From: Promethearchaeota archaeon
GTDB lineage: Archaea; Asgardarchaeota; Lokiarchaeia; Sigyniarchaeales; SOKP01
DNA length: 64,000 bases
Direction of reading: 5' to 3'
Assembly: GCA_019058245.1 (NCBI GenBank)
Contig: JAHPZJ010000025.1
Span: forward strand, 28,408 to 92,407
The position numbers and the translations under genes are program-made. Numbering within the stretch: position 1 is the first letter of the stretch; every line of letters starts with the position of its first letter. The notes beneath the pieces were generated by a model that was not told the origin of the DNA, made no database searches, and saw nothing but the letters and a program-made list of their open reading frames with translations. This document shows positions 51,345 through 60,503 of this stretch, piece after piece.

Positions 51345-52388
51345 ATGATGAATAAAAACCAAATATTTGATCTGGATAAGATTAAAGAAGTAACAATCCC
51401 AATTGAGGAACTTCAGATAAAAGTTAATCAAATAATCAATTCTTCTAAAAATGTAACAGATAATATTCATATCATTGAAGACGAATTTGAGGATGAGAAA
51501 TTATTTTCTCAAATAGAAACAGTACAAGAACTATTAAAAAGTGTTAATGATAAATTGAATTCAGTTTCAAAATCAAATTTAAATAAATTCTTGGATTTTC
51601 AAGAACGCTTGATTAAAAAATATAAAGAAAATTTTAAAAACAAATTAAAAATACTTACTTTAACAGAAGAAAATATAAAACTTATTGGATTATCTTTTAT
51701 TGAAGAAAAAAGAATTAGTAAAATTCTCGATAATGTTTCTTTTATTCCTTCAATTGAAATTTCACAATGGTTACAGCTTTTAGATTCATTGAAGTATAAT
51801 ACTATTTTTCTTAAATCAGTAAAACAAATAGAACATTATTTTCAAGAACTATTACAAGAAAGACTTGACATAGAAATAAGTAAAATTCCTAATCATACAG
51901 ATCCAATTCTAATTAGTGATTATAAAGAATATTTTAAAAACAATCTTAATTCAACATTCAAAGACTTTTTACAAATTATTGAAAGTAAACTTTCACAAAA
52001 AGAGTTAGAATCGAAAGAAGAAATAAGAAAACAAATAGAAGAGAGAGAAGAATTAGAAAAACTAAAAAAAAAACAAAAAGAACAAAAAAAATCTTATGAG
52101 GCTTATTTAAATCTTTCAGAAAGTGAATTCGAGAGAATAAGAAGGAAAAAAAGTAGAGAAAAATTAACCGATGTTTCTAAAGGAAAAAATCTGGAAAAAG
52201 AAATCGAATTAAGTGAAGAAGTTTCTGAAAAAATTAAAAAATTTAAATCTCAATTTAAAAAAAATTTTGATGAAAAATATATGATTCAAAAAGATGATGA
52301 CATAGATCCTATTGATATAATAAGAAAAAGAAAGAAGAGAAAAGAAAAGGAATATAAGGAATATAAAGACCATTTTGAAAATCTTTAA
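51345..52388 (+). CDS. Coiled-coil-rich hypothetical protein
   Basis: 347 aa with K/E-rich helices. Confidence 0.75.
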   Translation: MMNKNQIFDLDKIKEVTIPIEELQIKVNQIINSSKNVTDNIHIIEDEFEDEKLFSQIETVQELLKSVNDKLNSVSKSNLNKFLDFQERLIKKYKENFKNKLKILTLTEENIKLIGLSFIEEKRISKILDNVSFIPSIEISQWLQLLDSLKYNTIFLKSVKQIEHYFQELLQERLDIEISKIPNHTDPILISDYKEYFKNNLNSTFKDFLQIIESKLSQKELESKEEIRKQIEEREELEKLKKKQKEQKKSYEAYLNLSESEFERIRRKKSREKLTDVSKGKNLEKEIELSEEVSEKIKKFKSQFKKNFDEKYMIQKDDDIDPIDIIRKRKKRKEKEYKEYKDHFENL

Positions 52389-52411
52389 TTAAAATAAAAA
52401 AGGTTTTTTAA

Positions 52412-54025
52412 ATTCTTAAAAACATTTTAAATATTTCCATTGGTTCAACCGAAATTCCAATTCAAGATAGGTTCACATTGATTCATGGAAAAATCAAGAA
52501 GAATTTATTGAATAAATTTAAAAGTGAAACATTTATTGAAATTTCTGAAAATATGAATATAATCTCTATTGAAAAACTCATTGGTCTTTTAAATGAAGAA
52601 GCTCAAGGATATGATAAATTAAAAGATGCGTTAAGACTTATAGAATATATTCATGAATATAATAATGTTTTATCTAAAAATATAACTCTTTCTTCTCAAC
52701 TCAATGAAATTATAAATAATTTAAATTTAATTCTTAGATTTTACACTCTTTCAAAAAGAAAAAATCTATTATTAAAAGAATTAAAATTATCAGAATTTTA
52801 TAATGAATCAAGGAATAAAACAGCTCTTTCAGATTTATTGAAAAAATTAATTGATTCCTTAAAAAATAATAAAGCCAAATTAAAATTTCTGGAGGAAGAT
52901 TACCTCCAACGGAAAAACCAAGTTGATCAGGTTAAAAATAAAGTTGAAGAATTGAATATAAAAATTCAAAAATTAACTAACAAAAAAAAGCAATGTTTCA
53001 ATCAAATTAACAGAATTACACGGTCAATGTCAGAAAATACTCCAGAAATAAAAGAAGAATCTAAATTTACTGGTAAAAACACTAAAAATAATCTAACAAA
53101 TGCCCAAAAAATAAAAAATTTTCAATTAAAAGCAAAAGATATTCAATATAAGATTAACGAAAGTAAATCAAAGAAAACTGAAAATGAACTTAAACTCAAA
53201 GATTTAAATCCCATCTTTGAAAGTTATAAAAGTGATTATGAAAATACTTTAGAAATTATCAATAACGAAGAAAATAGAATAAATGAAATTCAAATTGAAT
53301 TAAAAAAAGAAATTAGTGATAGTAAAGATACGTTCATTGAGGATCTTGAACTAGTAGATTTAAAATCATTAAAACCCTCACAAGTTATTAAGGATGAAAT
53401 AGAAAAAATAGATAGAGAATTGGCTCAAATTTTTATTCCAAAAAAGGACTCTAATTCTCAGAATGCTTCTGCTATATCAAATATCATTCAAAATCTAAAA
53501 GAATTGGAAGAATACATTAATAAACATAAATCAGAACTTACTATAACAGTAAACGAAAACGAAACAATCAAATGCATTGACCAATTTACTAATTTGGAAA
53601 ACATTATTAGCGAAATAGAATTTTTGATAAATAAATTCTTATCAGAAGTTAATTTAATTGCTCAATTTAGATTGGCTTTAAATGACAATAATAATAAATT
53701 TTTTATTAATACAAAATTCATTAGGAGAGATAATAAACAGGTGAATTTCGATGGATTGACCACTCCAGAAAAGGTCTTTTTCATTATTGTATTCTATATA
53801 TCAATTAAACTTCATACCAAAAGTAAAAATATTATTATTTCAAATGTTTCAATATTAACCAAATATAATAAAGCGGGGTCTATATATAGAACAATTAGAA
53901 AAATTTTACCACTTTTTGAAAAGGATGATATTCTTTTAGGATTTAATTTAGTCTTTATTTTATCAAACTTAGAATTAAAAAAAGAAATAAAAAATTTAAA
54001 AATAAAAACAATACAAGAGATTTGA
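52412..54025 (+). CDS. SMC/Rad50-like coiled-coil protein with degenerate ATPase head (probable ATT start at 52412; ORF track starts at 52478)
   Basis: N-terminal ILKNI.NI...IPIQDRFTLIHGK, long coiled coil, and C-terminal FDGLTTPEKVFFIIVFYISI....NIIISN where LSGGE...hhhhDE normally lies. Confidence 0.65.
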   Translation: MLKNILNISIGSTEIPIQDRFTLIHGKIKKNLLNKFKSETFIEISENMNIISIEKLIGLLNEEAQGYDKLKDALRLIEYIHEYNNVLSKNITLSSQLNEIINNLNLILRFYTLSKRKNLLLKELKLSEFYNESRNKTALSDLLKKLIDSLKNNKAKLKFLEEDYLQRKNQVDQVKNKVEELNIKIQKLTNKKKQCFNQINRITRSMSENTPEIKEESKFTGKNTKNNLTNAQKIKNFQLKAKDIQYKINESKSKKTENELKLKDLNPIFESYKSDYENTLEIINNEENRINEIQIELKKEISDSKDTFIEDLELVDLKSLKPSQVIKDEIEKIDRELAQIFIPKKDSNSQNASAISNIIQNLKELEEYINKHKSELTITVNENETIKCIDQFTNLENIISEIEFLINKFLSEVNLIAQFRLALNDNNNKFFINTKFIRRDNKQVNFDGLTTPEKVFFIIVFYISIKLHTKSKNIIISNVSILTKYNKAGSIYRTIRKILPLFEKDDILLGFNLVFILSNLELKKEIKNLKIKTIQEI

Positions 54026-54534
54026 TTTTATTGTCAATAGAAATGAACAATATAAATGAAATTGTTAAAAACATTACAAAAATTATTTTAACAAATCCAC
54101 AAAAGGTCATTAGAGAAGAAGATCTTAGAAATTTGAGTAGAGATCTTGATTTTGAACAAATTATGAGTGATGTTTATCTAAATTTGAAAAACGTAGGTTT
54201 TGAACTTATTAAAACAAAATTCCTCGAACAGCAATATTACATTCTAACATCAGAAGGAAAAGATGATAATATCACACCTTCACAATATGGTGTTTTGGCC
54301 TTAATAATAGCATTAAGTAAGGAAGTTGATGAAAATATTAAGATCAAGGATTTAAAAGAAATTTTTGATGAACTATGGGCATCTGATGTTCAATTTTTAA
54401 TTAATAACGATTACTTAAGGACTTTTGAAGATTTGGGAATAATTAAAGTAACTCCATTAGGTAAAGCAATAATGAAAAATGTCATTAAAGATTTAAAATT
54501 GCAAAATTTACTTAATTTATTTGGAAACAAATGA
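54022..54534 (+). CDS. Tandem winged-helix protein (KITE-like: ScpB/MukE/Nse1-3 type)
   Basis: LKNVGFELIK...YYIL, then GVLALII...LINNDYL...IKVTPLG; overlaps the stop of the SMC-like gene. Confidence 0.6.
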   Translation: MILLSIEMNNINEIVKNITKIILTNPQKVIREEDLRNLSRDLDFEQIMSDVYLNLKNVGFELIKTKFLEQQYYILTSEGKDDNITPSQYGVLALIIALSKEVDENIKIKDLKEIFDELWASDVQFLINNDYLRTFEDLGIIKVTPLGKAIMKNVIKDLKLQNLLNLFGNK

Positions 54535-54565
54535 AATCTTAATGTTTAAAAAAAATAAAAAAAAT

Positions 54566-54994
54566 TTATTCTTCAATTGGATTTTCTAAATCCATTTTAA
54601 ATTGGTCAACAATTTTTTTTACGCGATCTGCTGAAGGGCCTGTCCCTCTTACTTCATTTTCATCAACAATTATTTTTCCATTCAATATTGAGATAATATT
54701 TTGATCTTCAATATAATTTACATGACCTTTAGAAAATATGGTTGCGATTCTATCTGCTAAAGCTTTCATCGGAAAAGGTTCTTCTTCTAAACTCACAAAG
54801 TTGTAGAATGAGCTTCTGATAAAGAGTTTTGGAAATGATTTATTTTTCTCATTTTTCGCATTTATTAAAATCAAATTCGAATCTTCAGAAACTCCTTTTA
54901 ATTGACCAACAAAGAATTTGTCCTTATCTAGATACACTTTAACAATTTTATCAATTAATAATCCTAACTCCATATTAAATTGTCTTAATGACAT
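54566..54994 (-). CDS. Sm-like (Lsm) protein with C-terminal extension (SmAP3-like)
   Basis: LIDKIVKVYL...GQLKGV...NLILINA...LFIRSS, followed by LADRI...G.GP.ADRV. Confidence 0.85.
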   Translation of the reverse strand: MSLRQFNMELGLLIDKIVKVYLDKDKFFVGQLKGVSEDSNLILINAKNEKNKSFPKLFIRSSFYNFVSLEEEPFPMKALADRIATIFSKGHVNYIEDQNIISILNGKIIVDENEVRGTGPSADRVKKIVDQFKMDLENPIEE

Positions 54995-55151
54995 GATCCA
55001 TCAGATAATTCATTTGTACATAATTTAATTTATTTTTGCTTTTATACTTAATATAGGAAGTATTTTTTATAAAAACTATATCTTTTCTATTCATTTGATA
55101 TTATTATTGGAAAGATTAGTTATTTTGAACACTGTGTCTTATTAAATAGTA

Positions 55152-56381
55152 GTGATTTGTAATAATATTAACGTGAAACTTACTGAAGTTATCCAAATAA
55201 ACTATTCAGTAGAGTTATCAAGATTATGTCATTTAGCAAAGAATCTTTACAATTTAGCTAATTGGTATGTTAGACAACACTTCTTTAATCTCGATACTCT
55301 CTTATCATATTATGATTTAGATTTCATTCTAAAAAATAAACATGAATATCTAATTTTACCTTCTCAAACATCACAACAAATTCTCAAATACGTGACTAGA
55401 GATTGGAAGTCTTATTTCAGAGGATTAGAAGAATATAAAACAAATTTTAAGAAATTCAAAAAAAAACCCAAAATCCCACAATATAAGAAGAAAAATGGAG
55501 AGTTTGTAGTAATTTTTACCAATCAGCAATGTAAAATTAAGAATGGATATTTATATTTTCCAAGAAGGGTCAATCTTGAACCAATTAAAACAAGAATCAC
55601 CGAAAGATTAAAAGAAGTGAGAATGATCCCTTTAGGCGTAAAATATAAAATTGAACTTGTATATGAAAAAGAACTGAAGGATTTAAAATTAGAAAAAGGT
55701 CATGTGTTAAGTATTGATTTAGGATTAAATAATCTCATAACTGCAGTAAATAATAATGGATGTCAACCTTTTATTATTAAGGGGGGGATGATAAAATCCA
55801 TAAATCAATATTATAACAAGCAAGTGGCATACTATAGAAGTATCGAAAATAAAAAAGGTAATTTCACCGATACAAAAAGGATTCAAAAACTCCATTTAAC
55901 TCGAAATAATAAACTTATTACATTTTTTCATCGAATCTCTAAGAATGTAATTGAATATTGTACTTTACATAACATTGGAACAATTGTCATAGGATACAAT
56001 TACGGATGGAAACAAAAGATCAACATAGGAAAAAGAAATAATCAGAAATTTGTACAAATCCCTTTCTTGAAATTAGTACAACAAATCGAATATAAAGCGA
56101 AATTGAAAGGAATAAATGTCCTAAGAGTTAATGAATATCACACATCTAAATGTTCTTTCTTAGATAATGAACCAATTGGAAAACATACGACCTATGCAGG
56201 AGAAAGAATTTCCAGAGGGCTGTTCAAAACCTCCAAAGGTATTGCACTCAATGCTGATGTGAATGGAGCATATAATATCATGAAAAAAGCATTCCCAAAT
56301 GCCATTTCGGTGGATGGGATAGAGGCATTCGGACTAATGCCGCAAATACTACAACAAAATATCGTTGATATTAGTATTTGA
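55152..56381 (+). mobile_element. tnpB: IS200/IS605-family TnpB with no adjacent TnpA
   Basis: AKNLYN, LPSQTSQQ, SIDLGLNN, IGYNYGWKQ, NEYHTSKCS, RGLF and NADVNGAYNI. Confidence 0.93.
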
Positions 56382-56420
56382 AATAAAATAAGTATAATTT
56401 TACCTGTTTTAATGGTCTAA

Positions 56421-57077
56421 CTAATCTAAAATACAATATATAAGTTTAGAGATATTTTCTCCGGATGTAGCACTTGTTTTAATAATCTTAAGGTTAGGAT
56501 TAATTCTTTTAGCATCATTAACCATTTTCTCAAGATTTATATCCATTACATCCATCAAATCAATTTTATTAATCACAGCTATATCTGACATTTTAAAGAG
56601 CATCGGATGTTTTTCAATTACCCATTCCCCCTCAGTAATTGATACGATTACTATTCGTTTCTCGGTACCCAAAATAAAATCAGAAGGACATATCATATTT
56701 CCCACATTTTCTATGAAAAGAATATCAACCTCATCTAAAACATAATTTTTTAATACTTGGGATATATGATATGAATTTAAGGCACATTCTCGACCAGTGT
56801 TTATCTGAATTGTCTTAACTCCATGCTGTTCAATCCTATCAGCATCTATCCGAGTAGCAACATCACCATTAATAACTAAAATTCTGTAGTCCTTAGTAAT
56901 TCTTTCTACAATCTTCTCAATAATTGCTGTTTTACCTGCACCTATTGCTCCTACAAAATCAAATGCTCTTATCTTTTTTTGTTTCAATATCTGATCATTC
57001 TGCTCGGCCAATTTATCATTATTTCCTATTAAATCTTCATTTAACTCAATAACTCGAGAAATTTTTTTATCGGACAT
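56421..57077 (-). CDS. hypB: Hydrogenase nickel incorporation GTPase HypB
   Basis: GAIGAGKT, INTGRECAL, ENVGNMICP, ITEGE..KHP and NKID. Confidence 0.92.
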   Translation of the reverse strand: MSDKKISRVIELNEDLIGNNDKLAEQNDQILKQKKIRAFDFVGAIGAGKTAIIEKIVERITKDYRILVINGDVATRIDADRIEQHGVKTIQINTGRECALNSYHISQVLKNYVLDEVDILFIENVGNMICPSDFILGTEKRIVIVSITEGEWVIEKHPMLFKMSDIAVINKIDLMDVMDINLEKMVNDAKRINPNLKIIKTSATSGENISKLIYCILD

Positions 57078-57178
57078 CTTATTTTTTCAATTACTCTTTT
57101 AAATTTGATAGAATATAAAAATAAAGATTTACACCTTGATAATTTTTGTGAATTTGAATGAAATTTATGTTTCAGGTT

Positions 57179-58120
57179 CTATCTTTTGGAAAATTGATAC
57201 TTAAATACAATATAAGCTCCTAAGATCCCTCCCAAATCAGGTAAATAAATAATAATAGAAGAAAGATCATACCAAACAAATAATAAAACGGGGAGTACTC
57301 GAAGTAGTATGATAATTAATAGAAAAGCTTTTCCATTCATTCTAACTGGAAGAAAATACATAAGCCCCGTAATTTTTTTATTCATAATTGGAAATATTGA
57401 ATAGGATATCAATCCTAAAATGCCTCCCCAAGCTAAACCAGTATAGATGGGAAGGTCATTTAATGGATATATTGATATTAGAGAGAGTCTCAATAAAACA
57501 TAGAATAAAGCAGTAAATAAACAGCAAGTTACATACAATTTTATTAAAAAGTTTGTTCCAAAACTCATTTCAATATTTCGAGTCATAAAATATAAAAAAA
57601 ATAACATGATAAATAAGAAAAATAAACTAATTAAGTCCCCAGAACAAATAAAAAGGCTAGTAAAAATAGTATGATATGTAAATTCATATATTAATCCATG
57701 TAAACTTAAATAGAAAAATTCTGGAATATTGTTATAGATAAAAATTAAAGCTGTTATGGAGAATATTATAATTAAAACAAATAAAATCTTAGAACCTTGA
57801 TATTGGGAAGGTCTTTTATAAGATGTCTGATAACTCCTTAACGTTCTTTCTCTTTGTTTATCTTGTCTCCTTAAATATTTCTTTAAGGTTTTTGGACCTT
57901 TATCTAAATAAAGTTTTGATTCTTGTTTTTTTGCAATTGCTTTCTGGTATCCCTGTTGAGACTCTCTTGGGCTTATAGGAACAACAGGCACATGTTTTAA
58001 TTCAAATGTACACTCATGATTTTCTGGTAATCGATGTCTTTTGCAATAGGTTCCTCCACAATATTTACATGTAAATGGCAAATAACTGATCGGATCTCCA
58101 CAAAATTCACAATATGTCAG
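57179..58120 (-). CDS. AN1-type Zn finger + rhomboid-like (probably inactive) membrane domain; probable CTG start at 58120
   Basis: CEFCG...LPFTCKYCGGTYCKRHRLPENHEC; rhomboid-like TM pattern with GLAWGG and PDLGG. Confidence 0.8.
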   Translation of the reverse strand: MTYCEFCGDPISYLPFTCKYCGGTYCKRHRLPENHECTFELKHVPVVPISPRESQQGYQKAIAKKQESKLYLDKGPKTLKKYLRRQDKQRERTLRSYQTSYKRPSQYQGSKILFVLIIIFSITALIFIYNNIPEFFYLSLHGLIYEFTYHTIFTSLFICSGDLISLFFLFIMLFFLYFMTRNIEMSFGTNFLIKLYVTCCLFTALFYVLLRLSLISIYPLNDLPIYTGLAWGGILGLISYSIFPIMNKKITGLMYFLPVRMNGKAFLLIIILLRVLPVLLFVWYDLSSIIIYLPDLGGILGAYIVFKYQFSKR

Positions 58121-58319
58121 TCTAATTCACCAAGAAAACAAAAAATTATTTCAATACCTTAATCAAAGAATTGAAACCAATAATAATGAATAATTATGAT
58201 CCTTGATAATTTTTACTTTTTATTTAATTAATTCCTTTTTAATCTAACAAAAAAATTTTAAAATTAAGCATTTAAAATAGAAAACTCTCCTAAAATTTAA
58301 GATTTATTAAAGATTATTA

Positions 58320-59309
58320 TCAAATATATGGATTTATAGCAGGTGGAGCATAGATCAGAGCGTATGTCGTTATTAAAAGGATTAACAATGAGCCACATAG
58401 TCCAAGATATACTTTTTTATTCCATCTCCAAATGTTTTGTCCATCTAAAATCCCTATAGGAATCATATTAAAGGTGCCAAGCATGAAATTTAAGTTTGCT
58501 GCTAAACATATCAATTGATTAAGGGGATAATCTGGAATTATAAAAGAAATTACAAGAAGTATACTACCATATACGAGGTTAATTGTTGGTCCTGCCGCTT
58601 TACATAATCCCGTGGTTCTGTTAATTGTACTTAAACCTAAGACAACAACTGCACCAGGTAATGCTAAGGAAGGAAAGCTATTTCCACCAGAGATCAATGA
58701 ATAAATATTCATCACAACACCAATTACCGTTAACATCATTCCATAGGTCAATAATCTAAATTTTGTTTGAAGATTAAAATGTTTTGCTACTTGTCTATGT
58801 CCTAACTCATGAAAAAGAAAAGCTGTGGCATAAAAACCAGCTAACATAAAAATTGTCCATTCATATCCTTTAAGAGTTATTAAATTTGGAATGAAAGTTA
58901 TAATACCAATAAGAAATATTAGTGATACGCCGATTATAAAATGAAATAATTCTGATTTATGAGGCAATAAAATACCTTTAAAATTAATTCCAGAATCAGG
59001 ATCAAATGCATCTACAGGAATTTGACTCTCTTGGCGATACCAAGTATATGTTCCATCTGTAGTTCCTCGAACAACCCCTGAAGTAGTTGATTGTTGATAT
59101 GATTGCTCTTGAGAGATAGGAACTGTTTCTGTTGGTTGATTATAAGAAGAAGTCATAGTTGGAGTTTGTTGGAAACTAGTAGATCCTCTTACAATACTAC
59201 AATCATGATTTTCTGGTTCTTTATGCCGTAAACAATAACTATACCCGCATTCATTACAATAAAAGGGTTCTCCAATTATTTCATCTCCACAATGAGCGCA
59301 ATTTACCAT
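58320..59309 (-). CDS. AN1-type Zn finger + M50 site-2 protease
   Basis: CAHCG...CNECGYSYCLRHKEPENHDC; HELGH, AAGP and FNMIPIGILDG. Confidence 0.9.
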   Translation of the reverse strand: MVNCAHCGDEIIGEPFYCNECGYSYCLRHKEPENHDCSIVRGSTSFQQTPTMTSSYNQPTETVPISQEQSYQQSTTSGVVRGTTDGTYTWYRQESQIPVDAFDPDSGINFKGILLPHKSELFHFIIGVSLIFLIGIITFIPNLITLKGYEWTIFMLAGFYATAFLFHELGHRQVAKHFNLQTKFRLLTYGMMLTVIGVVMNIYSLISGGNSFPSLALPGAVVVLGLSTINRTTGLCKAAGPTINLVYGSILLVISFIIPDYPLNQLICLAANLNFMLGTFNMIPIGILDGQNIWRWNKKVYLGLCGSLLILLITTYALIYAPPAINPYI

Positions 59310-59520
59310 GATTATTACCTAGTCTTAAAATTTCAATAGTTTATTTTTAAATAAATTATAATATTGAAGATTTAAAATTTTATTGAGAATATTATTATTG
59401 AATAGTATTCTTAAGTTCTTTATTTTTCTTTTCTCATACTTATTAATGTTAAATTAAGAAAAATATATTAAGCTGAAGTTTACTTTTTAATTAGAGTTAA
59501 AGATTTTGTAGGTCTATGAT

Positions 59521-59682
59521 ATGAGTGAAGATGAAAATAATGATGAAATGTCATTGGATGAGGAACGCAAGAAATTAAAAGACATAGGGGTCAATAGTAC
59601 ATGGGGTTTATTATCATCTGGAGAAAAAAAAAATAAAAAGCCCGAAGATGAAAGTAAACCAGCTTTTAGAGGATTTAAATAA
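59521..59682 (+). CDS. Unannotated 53-aa charged peptide
   Basis: MSEDENNDEMSLDEERKKLKDIGVNSTWGLLSSGEKKNKKPEDESKPAFRGFK*; AGGT upstream. Confidence 0.6.
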   Translation: MSEDENNDEMSLDEERKKLKDIGVNSTWGLLSSGEKKNKKPEDESKPAFRGFK

Positions 59683-59846
59683 TAATTTTAATAATTTCTT
59701 ATTATTCCTAAGTGAAATTGCTATATTTCATTTAATCGGCTAATATTATATCTAAATCAATATCAAATTGATTAATCAACCAAAAAATAAATAAAGCTCC
59801 AAATACTAATTTTAAATATTATCTATAGTTTTTAGGATAATATAAT

Positions 59847-60113
59847 ATGACTCATAAGGTATATTGCCCTACCTGTGAAGAAATCGTCACTCTACGCAGA
59901 AAGAATTTTGACCATGTTTATCATGAAGTTTTATGTTTTATGGTAATCTTAACTTTAGGTTTGGGCTTTATTATTTACTTTATCTTAAAATATTCTAAAA
60001 AACCAAATACATGTCCTAATTGTGAATCTCAATTCGATTTAAAAAATTTATCAACAGATATGATTAATATCAATAAACGTTTTGGTTCTGGTACTACATT
60101 TACTTTACCTTAG
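59847..60113 (+). CDS. LITAF-like Zn-ribbon membrane protein
   Basis: CPTC, a hydrophobic stretch of about 25 aa, then CPNC. Confidence 0.7.
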   Translation: MTHKVYCPTCEEIVTLRRKNFDHVYHEVLCFMVILTLGLGFIIYFILKYSKKPNTCPNCESQFDLKNLSTDMININKRFGSGTTFTLP

Positions 60114-60366
60114 GCTTCATCTTTTTATTACATCTTGGACAAATGAGATCATTATCAGAAAGTTCTTTTTTCATTATTGTTTTTTGATATTTGCATTTTG
60201 AATTTGGACAAATAAGAATATATTTGTTCAACTTGGTTATAGGTTTTTCATCAGATATCTTTTGCATATCTTCAATTTGATTTTTTGATTTTTGATCGGG
60301 AGCTTTAACCTTTTTCTTTTGCTTTTTCTCCTTATCTTCTGGTTTGATCCATTTGTCTAATCCCAT
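60100..60366 (-). CDS. Small Zn-ribbon protein
   Basis: MGLDKW...CPNSKC...CPRC. Confidence 0.75.
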   Translation of the reverse strand: MGLDKWIKPEDKEKKQKKKVKAPDQKSKNQIEDMQKISDEKPITKLNKYILICPNSKCKYQKTIMKKELSDNDLICPRCNKKMKPKVK

Positions 60367-60503
60367 TCATTCTCACAAAATATATTTATCGGTTTATTAT
60401 TATGAAGATTTAAGATGTTCAATTATTTATTCGTTATTTATAAATATAACCTAATAATTAAAAAAGAGAAAAAAATAAAAATTTGTTTATCCACAATGAT
60501 TAT

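Noticed and set aside
45600-54534. Calling the cluster Wadjet (JetABCD) or ESCRT/Vps4
   Set aside because: No intact SMC ATPase, no Toprim JetD, no MIT domain on the AAA+ protein and no Snf7-like gene were recognised.
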